Shown one piece after another: positions 25,460 through 35,041 of a stretch of DNA of 53,308 bases. Below the pieces are notes generated by a model. The model made no database searches and was not told the origin of the DNA. It was given only the letters and a program-made list of their open reading frames with translations. Numbering within the stretch: the first letter of the stretch is position 1; each line of letters opens with the position of its first letter. Origin of the DNA: Prorocentrum cordatum (taxonomy: Eukaryota); assembly GCA_963575745.1 (NCBI GenBank), contig CAUYUJ010000328.1:62001-115308 (forward strand), written 5' to 3'. The translations under genes and the position numbers were made by a program.

Positions 25460-26344
25460 GTCAGGGGTGCTCCATGAGAGTGAGGAGGAGGAGGAGGAGG
25501 AGGAGGAGGAGGAGGAGGAGGAGTAGGAGGAGGAGGAGGAGGAGGAGGAGGAGGAGAGGAGGAGGAGGAGGAGGAGGGGGAGGGGGAGGAGGAGGGAGGA
25601 GGAGGAGGAGGAGGAGGCAGAGCAGCCCCTGTGGTGGGGAGCACGCGCGCGGTCTTTCAGCAGGCGGAGCTCGGGCCGGGAGGCCCGCCCTCGGGGCGAA
25701 GGGGTCCAGAGCTCGGGGCGGCCGCGCCGCGAAGAGATCACGGCCGGCCGGAGCGGTGACAAAAAGCAGGACGGGAAGTTTTCGACCGTGTTCAAGCTGT
25801 GGCGAAGGGTCCTGGCTCGCTTACAGCCCGACCAATCAGTGTTCTAAGAACTGGTTGTGGTTTCCGCGAAGTGTTCATCGAACACTCCTGGTTGAGATTG
25901 TCTTGTTTTAACACATCGGGCGAATGTTCTAAGAACATTGTTTTTGTTTTTAGGACATGTTTGGGCTCGAAGAGCATCTCGTGGTAGCACCATAGGAATG
26001 CCAGGACGGTCGGTCCCTGCTCAACGTGTTCGGCCTCTGGAGGCCGGGCCTTGGCCTTGCGACCGCCCAGAAGCTACTCGGGGCGAAAGAAGCCGGCCCC
26101 CGGGCGTGGGTCTGGGCTGCCGGCGGGCCCGTGCGGAGCAACAGCCAGGGCATCGCTGGCGCCCGCGGCTCTTCAGGGGTCGGGCGGCGGCCTCTCCGGG
26201 TGGGGCCGCTGCGCCGGCCGGGGCCCCCTCGCCGCCTCCCGGAGCGCCGCAGCGGGCGAGGAGCTCGAGAAGGGCCTGCACCAGTTCGGGGTGAGCGGGA
26301 AGCTGAAGAAGCAGGCAGGCGCGCGCGGCAGCCCTCCAGGGTCT

Positions 26345-26492
26345 TCCTCCTCGTCCTCCTCCTCCTCCTCCTCCTCCTCCTCCTCCTCCTCCTCCTGCTC
26401 CCAGGACGCCGAAACAAGGAACAGCTTGGGCTCGGAAGGGGCCCGATGCTCCTCCGAGGGGGAGACCCTCCAGGGCTGGTTCTCTGGCGCTC
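26345..26492 (+). repeat. Dispersed repeat (CCT)n-gctcccaggacgccgaaacaaggaacagcttgggctcggaagggg; near-identical copy at 35470-35628, diverged copy at 20612-20670
   Basis: Near-identical sequence on both sides of the LTR element. Confidence 0.85.
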
Positions 26493-27208
26493 CCCGCGCG
26501 CGCGGCAGCACCCGCCACCGCCGCCGTCGTCGCTCCGGGGTCGAGGGCCGAGGTCTTGGGGCGTCTCCGGACATCCGGCGCCTGGAGCGAAGCGCACGGC
26601 GCTGGGCTGCTCGCAGTTTTTCTGGCCTCCTGTGAAGTCGGGCCTGTCCCTCTACAGGGGCAATATTCCGAAGTAGCCCCAAAAATAGTCTGGGGACTAT
26701 TTTTGTATGTTTGGCTTGGGCATCTTTTGAGTATTTGTTGAGCATGTATTCTTTTTCCGTCCAAAATCCCCCTGGGGGGGGGGGGGGGGCGCTGTGCGGC
26801 GCGAGGGCCGTCAAAAGGGCGACGGCTCGGGAGGGAACGCCCGGCCGCCGGGGGAAGAAGAGAGCGCGAGCCGGGACGCCCAGTTGGCCCCCGGTGCTGG
26901 AACAAAGCAAGAGAGCTCAACGTTGGAGGGGGACTGGGCTTGGAGGACGGAGGTCGCTGGGCGCCTTCTCGCTCGCCTCCTCCAGAGCTCCGACGGCGCG
27001 CCTCTCGTCGCAGCGTGGCTCCCGCAGCGCGCTCTGGACCCCTTCCTCGGGATCGGATTCTCGCCCCGGGTGCTGTCTGGGCAGCCCGGGGGCCCCCAAA
27101 CAGGTGGTGACCACACCTTGCGGTGAGTCGGTGGGGATTCGGGGTCACCGCACGGTTTTGTGACTCGAGTCCTTCTCCGAGGATGTCTCGGGCGACAGGG
27201 GCCTCCGG

Positions 27209-27494
27209 TCTGATTACTAGAGCTCGTCCTCTAGATCGTTCACGCTGGTGACGACGAGGAGGAGCAAGAGAAAGTATGTGTCGATGTCAATTATCGTGAT
27301 AATTGTCCGTGAACACCTTTTGTCCACAATATGAACGGCCGCGCTGTAGTGTGCGCGGTCTGCCTGGCACGGCCAGGCTCTGTCAGAAAGAGTCCCGCCC
27401 TCCCTCGCCTTGAGCCGAGGGTGGCGGCGAAACGGACAGGGCAGACGGGCAGGAGGCAGCTGCTGCTCAAGCTTACTCCTGCGTAGCATTCAGA
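27209..27494 (-). repeat. 3' LTR (286 bp, TCTGA...TCAGA)
   Basis: No difference seen versus 35056-35341; the ORF track gives identical 90-aa translations for both. Confidence 0.95.
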
Positions 27495-30400
27495 CAGGGG
27501 GAAAAAGGTTCTGCCCTGTACCGTGCGCGCAGGCAATCTCTGCGCTCCTAGTGTGCTGCTGGACGAACTTCTGATGGGTCCCGATCTCCTGCTGCAACTT
27601 CTGGATCATGATCAGGGATTCGGAGGCCGAGAACCCAGTAGAGGTCGTCGAGCCGGAAGGGTTCCCTTCCATGCTGGCTGGTGGTTGTGCCTGGCGGGCC
27701 AACCTACGCTCCTCGAGTACCTGACGAGCTGAGGCCGGGTCGGTCGGGTCCGTTTCGTCGAAGATGCCCTTGCCAAGAGCTGCCCGCTTGCGAGCGCTCA
27801 TGAACTGCTCGTCGTATATGAGGCGCCACTGCTGCTTCTCGAGGAAGGCCCGAACCACTCCGAATGCCTGCCAGCTTGCCTTGGTTAGACCGTCGGCGAT
27901 CTGTGCGTGTGAATGAACCCAGCGCGCGACCGTTTGACCCTCGTCCAAGGCATTGCGGAGAGCCAAAGCCTCAATGGCTGTCCTCCGCTCTTCCAGTCCC
28001 AGTCCCGCCGACTGAGATCGCACCACGCCGTCGTAGAAGGCCTTGCAGTCCGTCACCAGGATGGCTGGTAATCGTCGTAGTGCTGCTGCGGTATCTTGCA
28101 GTGGAGACATATGGTGTAGAAGTTCGGCAAGTACCAGTCGCACCATGCTCTGCTCGCCCTCGGCGTCGCCGGCTTCCTGCACCTCCGCCGCCAGGCTAGA
28201 CCGAGCCACGCGGCGCAGCTTCTTGGAGCCCCAGTCGAGGACCGTGAACTCGGAGAGCTTCCCGTCCATGGCCGCCTTGGAGGAGATAGCGGTGATATGA
28301 CCACCCTGGGAGTGTCCATCCGGGCGGCTGGCCCAGGCTGCGTCGCACCAGGTGAAGATGGCGAGGTCGTCCAGGGCGTGCCGGTAGATCCTGATCCCCA
28401 TGTGGCGGCTCTGCTTGACGAGCTTGACGATGTTGTTAGCGGCCGTGAAGAGGTTGTGAGTACCTGCTGGTATCTTCATCTGGAGGTCGGCTACCCACGA
28501 TAAGAGAAATGGCATGGTATTCACGCCAAGCCAGTAGATCTCGCCGCAGAACGCCCTGAGCACCGTCTTGTCAGAGTCCTTGAGGCTGTCGGTGGTCCGA
28601 TGCTTACTGCCGCTGGCCGCCTTGACCTCCTTGATCTTGTCGATATACGACTTCTGGTGGAGGAAGAAGCCCTGCTCGCTCTCCTCGATGGTGACGCCGC
28701 ACTGTTCGAGAGAGGTGAGCCCGTCATTCATGTCCTCCCAGGTGCCCCACTTGTAGAGCCCTCGGATCTGCTTGACCATGTCCTGCCACTCAGGGTGGGA
28801 GGTATCTCCTGCCATGATGAAGTCGTCGACGTGGGCCATGATCATACCAATGAGCCTGCCCGTCCTGGAACATCGTGCTTTCCAGAGGCAGGGCTCCAAC
28901 TCGCAGGCTTGAAGTCGAAGTTTCGCAAAGTCGTGCTTGACCGTCTCCCACCAGTGCCGGGGCGCCTCGCCGATCCCATATCCAGGTTTCACGACCTGGA
29001 GGATGTCCCCTTCCTGCACGTGGAAGGCCTTTCTGAGGACGGCGTCTGGCTCGATGAAGAGGTCCTTGTCGAGGTCGTGGGCCTGCAGAAAGGCGGAGGT
29101 GACGTCGCCCTTGATGAGCTTCCAGCGGTTCGCGGCGGCCACTGTTAGCATCACGTGACGGGCGCGCCGAGACGCGGTGGGGCTGGCTGTCGGCTCCTGT
29201 CCTAGGTCCTTCGTCTGGTAGCCGAGGAGGACGAGCCGGGCCTTCGCCTTCCCATCGGATTTGCGGGTGAAGAGCCACCTTGCCCGGATGACGTCCGCCG
29301 CGTCCTTGACCCGAGATATCGGGACAGCGCGGAGTCCCTGATGCTGAATCCAGTTGTTCGTCTCCTTGGCGATGGCTGCCTCGAACTCCTCACGCTCGGT
29401 GGCGTTCATCTTGGACCAGGTCAGCTCCACTTTGTCCTTCCGGCGCTGGTTGACGACGAAGCTGTCCAGGATGTGGCTCATCAAACCTCGGCGTCCGTCT
29501 GGAGTGGTATTCTCGTCCTGCAAGTACTCGAAGTAGACGGTCTGCTGTTCGTCGATGCCTAGGGTGATGTCCAACTTGTCCTTGAAGAGGTTGACCAGGT
29601 GGTTGCTGTCGAACAGCGCGTCGGCCATCTCCTCGTCTGCGCCTCTCTGTCGCTTCTCCGGCGGTACGTGCAGATCGAGCTCTGGTCCGCGGTGTGTCAT
29701 GCGCCATCTAGGTCTCGACTCGCCTCGGGATGCGGCACCGGCCGCCCATGAGGTCGAGGTCGCGGGAGGCGGACGCGATGCTGTTCGAGACTCCGTCCTG
29801 ACTGCCGCTGAGGTAGATGCTTTCCCTGGCGTTCGTGATGGGGCTGCTGACCGATCAGCTGCACGAGCCGGTGGTGACCGGGACCGTCGGACATCTGGTT
29901 CACTCGGTTCCACTTCAGGTTGCGTCGCTGAGCTTGGTGTTGGTGGCCTGGAGGAATCAGGATCGCCGGGTGTGTCGTTGTCGGCGCCTGATGGGAGTCC
30001 CGCCTCGCTGTTGTTCTCGAGAGTCTGGCCCTCGGTCGCGGGGATCGCCATCGTCGGCTGCGGTGGAGGCTCGTATTCTCGGAGGTCTGGAGGATTTTGT
30101 CCGAGAAGGTCTTCGTAGGTACCGCCCTTGGCTGTCTCCAAGATCTCCGTCATGGTCTTGCCAAGGTTGCTCTGCCGCTGCAATTCGACGATCATCTTCT
30201 CTGCCTCCGAGGCGACGCGCAGCTGCTCCGGGGCGCACCTGATGAGCACGCTCCCGTGGGAGATCCAGATGACCGAGGTAGGACGGGTGCGCCCGTCCAC
30301 GTGTCGTTTTTCCTGAGCAAGGACACGAGCAGGGCCGTACCACCCGCCCTTCTTCCCAGGGCGAGGGTCCAGGCCTTTCCCTTTGCGCCAGAAGTAGACG

Positions 30401-33294
30401 AGGTCCCCCGGATTCCAGGTCTGATAGACCCGGTTGCGAGCCTGCTCGGCGCGTCGACGACGCTCAGCATACTCTACTTCCAGGAAGCTTTTGCGCGCGA
30501 GGAGGCGCCTCTGCTCCTGAGTCTCCCCGGTGTCCCCGTCAATGATGGCGAACGGGTTGCTCGAGGCCGGCATCCCAGAGACGCCCATCGCGTGCTCGAA
30601 CGGGGAGTGGTTGCCGACCTTGTCCATGCTGTTGATCGCGCTCACGGCCCAGGACACCAACTCCTCGACCGGGCAGTCGGGGTCCAGCGTTGCCAGCTTC
30701 GTCATCAGTCGCTTGAAAAGCTGGATGCGCCTCTCGACCATGCCCATCAGCCAGTGGGCCTCGCCCGGGGCAATCCACAGCTCGATGCCGCGGTCCGAAC
30801 ACCACCTGGCCACTGCTTGTGAACGATGACATCCTTCGGGGTCCAGACGGAGAAGGCTGGGGCGGCGGTAATGTCCGCACCAGTCATTCCATGTTGAAAT
30901 CACCTCCTGAGTCGATCTGTTGCCATTGCGCTCTCCCTTCTGTCCAAGATAGGTGACACTGGTGAGCCCGGATCCCTCGTCGATGTTCAACGTCATCAGG
31001 AAAGAGTCCTGCTTCGGCGAGAGCCACTCGAGCCCGTCGGAGGCCAGCACCTCTAGGACGCCTGGCAACTCGATGCCCGAGGCGACCCTGACGGCTTTTG
31101 GTAATTGTCCCGCATGGCATGCGTGACACTGGTGGCGAAGAGCTGCTTGTAGGACCTGGAGAGGTGCTCCCGATGCCTTGAGGATCTTGTACAGTGTCTT
31201 GTTGCTCGGGTGGCCGAGGTTGCGGTGGAGCCGCGTCAGCCGTTGCTCGATCTCCAGCTCCTCCTTCTTGGTCGGTGTCTCGGAGATGCCCAGGCCCTTC
31301 ATGACCGACTCGTCGTCCATGGCCTCGGGGTTATCCTGCAAGAGGTCCTCGTCGAGGGCCTCCTCCATCTCCTCTTCAGCGTCCTCTGGGATCTGTTCCA
31401 AGCTGGTGAAGATCTCCTTGCCGTACCTCGCGCTGGTGTTCGTCTTCAGGATATGCTTCGCCCAAGCCTTACACAGTGCTGGTGGGTAAAAGGCCGTCTG
31501 GGCCACCACCTGTCCGTCCTCGATGGGGCGGTGTGTGTGGTTGTCGCCCCTGCCAGGGCGGTTGGAGCACGCCCTGCCGAGCTTAGCGCCGAACTCCGGG
31601 TCTGTCGAGCATATGCGCCATGCCTTCCTCATCAGCAGGCCGGAACGAGCTTCGCGAAGTCCATGCGCACAGCCATGGATGATCGTCTCGTGCATCTGAT
31701 CGCGCATCGCCTTGATCGAGGGCGACCTGGTCCAGCTTCGGCTGGAAGCTGGCTGTTCGAGCTCGGTGTGGCAGTCGTGAATCTTCTTCGAGTCTTCCCA
31801 GAGGCTCTTGCAGTTCCGCTGGATACGTCGGGCCTTGCGCACCTTCGCCAGATACGTGGCCTTCTGCTGATCTGTCTTCTGGTTGAGATTCTGGATCGGG
31901 CAGTCTGCTGTACATGGCGGGCTGAGAACCAAGCGGCGCGGTCGGAGTCGTCGGAGAAGGTGAAGCGCGCGTCGAAGCCCGGTTGCCGTTCCCATGTCGA
32001 TCCCATTGAAGAGGCCGCACCTAAACACTTTGCCTCCCTGGTCCTGCACGGCCTTGCTGAGGCTCGAGTCCTCCGGACAGCACGCCTCCATCAGGTCGAT
32101 GCGGTAGGGCCTGCCGAGCTCCGTCAGGTCCTCGGCGATGGTCTGGTAGATCTCGTCAAGGACCTTGTCGTGGCTCTCGTAGAACATCTTGAGATCCTGG
32201 TCGTCGAGCTGCTTCAGCGTTTCCTCTTCGAGTCCATCTCCGGCAGTTCCGAGTCGTCGAGCATCTCCGGAGTGAACTTCCAGCCCCCCTGTATCTCCGG
32301 GGAGTTCAGCTTGTTGGACAGGCGCCGCCAGCGTAGAGCCACTGCCTGCTCCCGAATGGTCACCTCCGTCGCCTTCGTGCACGTGTGGCTCTTGCCTCCG
32401 CGGCAGCTGCGCCCCCGAATCGTCTTCCCGAGGGTCCCGCAGCAGGAGCACGCGGACTTCGGAGGTCTCGTCACTGGCTGAGCCCCCGCTGGACTCGAGG
32501 GGGCGCTGCTGGCTGTCGCTGCTGATGCCGCTGCTGGTGTCCCGGGTGCTCCCTGCTGTGGGGTCTTGAGGCACTGGTGGCTCTTGCCCCCGAAGCAGCT
32601 GCACCCGCGCTTGGTCTTCCCCAGTGCTCCGCAGCAGCCGCACTTCCCCACTGGGTTGTACCACTTCGCTGGTAGCTCCGGAGTAGCTGGTGTTGCTGTT
32701 GATGTTGGCGTCGGGGTCGCTGCAGCCGAAGTTGTCGATCCCCTCGTGCGAGGGCGGCTCCACTCGGGGCGGGCCGCGGGCACAGGTGGCGGCTGTTGCT
32801 CCGAGGATTGCCCAGCCAAAGAACCGTCGCTGCATGTCATCCAAGCGGCCAGTGGCGGCCTGGGAAGAATATGGAGGTCGTGAAAGACTGCTGGTTGAGG
32901 CTATTGCCGAGTTGATGAACTGAGCCGAAGGTGGCTGCGAACAGCATGATGATGAACACCGATGGTATTGTGCTGGCTCATCGCTTTGCTTTTCCATAAT
33001 TTGATCCTGAGGCTTGCTTGCTAACGGTCCTCTTGACTGTGATGATGTCCCGATCGACGGTGATGATGAAGAGAGCCGGTCGGATGACCTGACCGTCCGT
33101 CCGAACGAAATCGAGGTTTCCGTCGCTCGAGCCGATCCGCTCCGTGTCGCAGTTTCCGTCGCTCTGGTAGGTGTCCGCGCCGCCGAGGTTTCCGTCGCTC
33201 TGGTAGGTGTTTCGAACTCGCGGTGACCGAGTCGGTGTGGCCCCCCCGATGATGAGGTTGACAATCGAGATAAATTCCCTTCTGCTGCCATCAT
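27490..33294 (-). CDS. pol: Copia Pol polyprotein: linker, DNMT-like domain, integrase, reverse transcriptase, RNase H
   Basis: IN HHCC (LHRNLGH...CHAC) and DDE core (ASDG, RLDPEG, MVERR); RT motifs KARLV, GDVTSAFLQ, YGIGEAP, HVDDF; RNase H CDAAW, SSLAAE, TDC, IADGLTK. Confidence 0.95.
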   Translation of the reverse strand: MMAAEGNLSRLSTSSSGGPHRLGHREFETPTRATETSAARTPTRATETATRSGSARATETSISFGRTVRSSDRLSSSSPSIGTSSQSRGPLASKPQDQIMEKQSDEPAQYHRCSSSCCSQPPSAQFINSAIASTSSLSRPPYSSQAATGRLDDMQRRFFGWAILGATAATCARGPPRVEPPSHEGIDNFGCSDPDANINSNTSYSGATSEVVQPSGEVRLLRSTGEDQARVQLLRGQEPPVPQDPTAGSTRDTSSGISSDSQQRPLESSGGSASDETSEVRVLLLRDPREDDSGAQLPRRQEPHVHEGDGGDHSGAGSGSTLAAPVQQAELPGDTGGLEVHSGDARRLGTAGDGLEEETLKQLDDQDLKMFYESHDKVLDEIYQTIAEDLTELGRPYRIDLMEACCPEDSSLSKAVQDQGGKVFRCGLFNGIDMGTATGLRRALHLLRRLRPRRLVLSPPCTADCPIQNLNQKTDQQKATYLAKVRKARRIQRNCKSLWEDSKKIHDCHTELEQPASSRSWTRSPSIKAMRDQMHETIIHGCAHGLREARSGLLMRKAWRICSTDPEFGAKLGRACSNRPGRGDNHTHRPIEDGQVVAQTAFYPPALCKAWAKHILKTNTSARYGKEIFTSLEQIPEDAEEEMEEALDEDLLQDNPEAMDDESVMKGLGISETPTKKEELEIEQRLTRLHRNLGHPSNKTLYKILKASGAPLQVLQAALRHQCHACHAGQLPKAVRVASGIELPGVLEVLASDGLEWLSPKQDSFLMTLNIDEGSGLTSVTYLGQKGERNGNRSTQEVISTWNDWCGHYRRPSLLRLDPEGCHRSQAVARWCSDRGIELWIAPGEAHWLMGMVERRIQLFKRLMTKLATLDPDCPVEELVSWAVSAINSMDKVGNHSPFEHAMGVSGMPASSNPFAIIDGDTGETQEQRRLLARKSFLEVEYAERRRRAEQARNRVYQTWNPGDLVYFWRKGKGLDPRPGKKGGWYGPARVLAQEKRHVDGRTRPTSVIWISHGSVLIRCAPEQLRVASEAEKMIVELQRQSNLGKTMTEILETAKGGTYEDLLGQNPPDLREYEPPPQPTMAIPATEGQTLENNSEAGLPSGADNDTPGDPDSSRPPTPSSATQPEVEPSEPDVRRSRSPPARAADRSAAPSRTPGKASTSAAVRTESRTASRPPPATSTSWAAGAASRGESRPRWRMTHRGPELDLHVPPEKRQRGADEEMADALFDSNHLVNLFKDKLDITLGIDEQQTVYFEYLQDENTTPDGRRGLMSHILDSFVVNQRRKDKVELTWSKMNATEREEFEAAIAKETNNWIQHQGLRAVPISRVKDAADVIRARWLFTRKSDGKAKARLVLLGYQTKDLGQEPTASPTASRRARHVMLTVAAANRWKLIKGDVTSAFLQAHDLDKDLFIEPDAVLRKAFHVQEGDILQVVKPGYGIGEAPRHWWETVKHDFAKLRLQACELEPCLWKARCSRTGRLIGMIMAHVDDFIMAGDTSHPEWQDMVKQIRGLYKWGTWEDMNDGLTSLEQCGVTIEESEQGFFLHQKSYIDKIKEVKAASGSKHRTTDSLKDSDKTVLRAFCGEIYWLGVNTMPFLLSWVADLQMKIPAGTHNLFTAANNIVKLVKQSRHMGIRIYRHALDDLAIFTWCDAAWASRPDGHSQGGHITAISSKAAMDGKLSEFTVLDWGSKKLRRVARSSLAAEVQEAGDAEGEQSMVRLVLAELLHHMSPLQDTAAALRRLPAILVTDCKAFYDGVVRSQSAGLGLEERRTAIEALALRNALDEGQTVARWVHSHAQIADGLTKASWQAFGVVRAFLEKQQWRLIYDEQFMSARKRAALGKGIFDETDPTDPASARQVLEERRLARQAQPPASMEGNPSGSTTSTGFSASESLIMIQKLQQEIGTHQKFVQQHTRSAEIACAHGTGQNLFPPV
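31443..32103 (-). other. C5 cytosine methyltransferase-like domain within Pol
   Basis: In order: IDLMEACC (diverged motif I), LVLSPPCT (catalytic PC, motif IV), ELEQP (motif VI-like), GCAHGL...RKAWR (VIII-like), YPPALCKA (X-like). Confidence 0.7.
32214..32840 (-). CDS. Overlapping +1-frame ORF encoding two Cys/His (zinc-finger-like) repeats
   Basis: CGCCGALGKTKRGCSCFGGKSHQC and CSCCGTLGKTIRGRSCRGGKSHTC; GC3-rich codons in this frame; frame open from 32900. Confidence 0.65.
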   Translation of the reverse strand: MTCSDGSLAGQSSEQQPPPVPAARPEWSRPRTRGSTTSAAATPTPTSTATPATPELPAKWYNPVGKCGCCGALGKTKRGCSCFGGKSHQCLKTPQQGAPGTPAAASAATASSAPSSPAGAQPVTRPPKSACSCCGTLGKTIRGRSCRGGKSHTCTKATEVTIREQAVALRWRRLSNKLNSPEIQGGWKFTPEMLDDSELPEMDSKRKR

Positions 33295-33312
33295 CAGGGG
33301 GCGCTGTCCCTA
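33242..33312 (-). promoter_or_regulatory. Putative stop-codon readthrough signal: UAG, 8-nt spacer, 13-bp stem-loop
   Basis: TAG GGACAGCG then CCCCCTGATGATG (33301-33289) pairing with CATCATCGGGGGG (33254-33242); gag-PR and pol are in the same frame. Confidence 0.6.
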
Positions 33313-34998
33313 GCGTACCGCAGGGCAGCAGCTGCACGGAGCGGCCTCTTCGGGCAGCTCCTCCACCAGAACATCGGGCGCCGTCGCTTCGGACGTCAGG
33401 CACCCGGCACTCGGCAAGGAAAGCGGCACCTCCTTCCACCACTGCGGCGTCGTCAGGTTGACGGCCAGATGGTTGCTCGAGAGGCGCTCGCAGTAGAACG
33501 CCTTGTTGCCCATGGTCGGAAGGCCGATCCAGTTCCGGCCGCAGTCGACCACAACCTTCAGCGAGTCAGTCAGAATGTCCATGCCCAGGAGGATCGGCAC
33601 GCGGTTCGGCATCACCGACAGCTTGACCTCGGTCAGGTCGCCGCCGAGGAACACGTTCCCCTTCACCGTGCCCATCGAGCTCTTCTGGAGGCCGTCGCCG
33701 AAGGTGAAGGAGCACTCGTCATGTGTCGTCTCGAACTCCTGGCCGTGCTGGTCCAGCATCTCGTACATGAGGTTCTCGACGCTCTCGAGGCCGCCGAGGC
33801 TCTTCGTGGCCCCGATGTCGAGGATCGCCCAGATGCCGTCGCGCTCCAGGAGGTAGAGGTACTCGTCGAGGGCGGACAGGACGAAGCCGTTGTGAGTAGT
33901 CCCACGAGCTCCATCTCTCGTATTATCTTTCTTGAACCTCTCGTTGCAGTCCGCCGCTCGATGACCATATTCGCCGCACGCCATGCACTTCATCTTGGAC
34001 ATGTCACGTCCCTTGCCCGTGTCGAAGCGGGCGCGGCCTCGACCGTTCTTGCCACGGCCACGCTGGAAGCCTCGTCCCGTGTTCGGAGGCGGGGGCACGC
34101 GATCGGGGTCCTTGAGCGACACGACCGGGTAGTAGTCGCGGGACACGCGAAGGCGTCGGATCAGGTCGCGAGCGTCCTTGAAGCTCCTGCCCACCTGCTT
34201 GAACTCTGCGAACACCTCGTTGTCCGCTGGGTTGTCGTCAGCTGGCTCCTCATATTCGTCTTCTTCAGCGAGGGTGATCAGCTGCTCGACAACCTCTGTG
34301 AAATCAATATCTTCCCCACCAGTCTCGTCCTCAACGTCGTCGACGGGCGTGTCCTCATAGAAGGCCCTCCGGTGCTGCTTGCCGTCGAGCTCCGCCAGCG
34401 CCTCCGCCGGGAAGCGCGTGAGCAAGGCCTTGTATGTCTTACCAAAGTTGAGGTCGCCACCTGCAGTGGCGGTGATCTCTCCACGTTGAACAGGGGATAG
34501 CTTGGACTTCCGGAGGAACCACCATGTCCGAAGAGGCTTCGCAATCACTTCCGTCACGCTGGAATCGATGACTTGGAGCTGCATCAACAGCTCGCGCTCC
34601 TTCTTCTCGAATCTGGCGGCCCAGTCCTGGAAGGTCTCGCCCGAGTTCCTGCTGACCTTCAGGAAGAACTCCTCCGCGAGGAGGCCCGTGTCATTCAGGC
34701 TGGTGAAGTCCAGCTTCTCCAAGACGTACTGAAACACTTTGTTCCAACCAATCAAAACTCCATCCTTGTCGATCTCGTCGACCGTGTCGATGTCCGGGCA
34801 GCTCTCCACCGTCGTCCGGACTCGCGCCCCAAGGGCGCGCACCAGCTGCGGGCCACACACGTAGCGCTCCGCAGTCTTGATGCTCTTGGTGAACATGGAG
34901 ACCTCAAACTTGTAGCTCATCGACTTGTCTGCCTCGCCGTTCCATGAGGGGACGTCGACGCGCGTCGTCGGTGGCCCGCTGGCGGCTGTAGTCGCCAT
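33310..34998 (-). CDS. gag: Gag plus aspartic protease
   Basis: VPSWNG N-terminal motif, CCHC knuckle CMACGEYGHRAADC, protease AILDIGAT and PILLGMD. Confidence 0.93.
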   Translation of the reverse strand: MATTAASGPPTTRVDVPSWNGEADKSMSYKFEVSMFTKSIKTAERYVCGPQLVRALGARVRTTVESCPDIDTVDEIDKDGVLIGWNKVFQYVLEKLDFTSLNDTGLLAEEFFLKVSRNSGETFQDWAARFEKKERELLMQLQVIDSSVTEVIAKPLRTWWFLRKSKLSPVQRGEITATAGGDLNFGKTYKALLTRFPAEALAELDGKQHRRAFYEDTPVDDVEDETGGEDIDFTEVVEQLITLAEEDEYEEPADDNPADNEVFAEFKQVGRSFKDARDLIRRLRVSRDYYPVVSLKDPDRVPPPPNTGRGFQRGRGKNGRGRARFDTGKGRDMSKMKCMACGEYGHRAADCNERFKKDNTRDGARGTTHNGFVLSALDEYLYLLERDGIWAILDIGATKSLGGLESVENLMYEMLDQHGQEFETTHDECSFTFGDGLQKSSMGTVKGNVFLGGDLTEVKLSVMPNRVPILLGMDILTDSLKVVVDCGRNWIGLPTMGNKAFYCERLSSNHLAVNLTTPQWWKEVPLSLPSAGCLTSEATAPDVLVEELPEEAAPCSCCPAVR

Positions 34999-35041
34999 TC
35001 AGGCCGAGACCGGTGGGAGCCCGTGGTTGTCGGAGACCACA

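Noticed and set aside
27217..27489. 90-aa ORF inside each LTR
   Set aside because: No motifs; duplicated only because the LTR is duplicated
32978..33442. -1 frame 154-aa ORF across the gag/pol junction, or a -1 frameshift model
   Set aside because: No canonical slippery heptamer seen; it stops at 32978 without joining pol; explicable as a shifted reading of a Ser/Thr-rich linker (not fully excluded)
28600..34500. Long plus-strand ORFs antisense to gag/pol, and likewise 46128-47174
   Set aside because: Typical antisense shadows of GC3-rich coding sequence with no motifs
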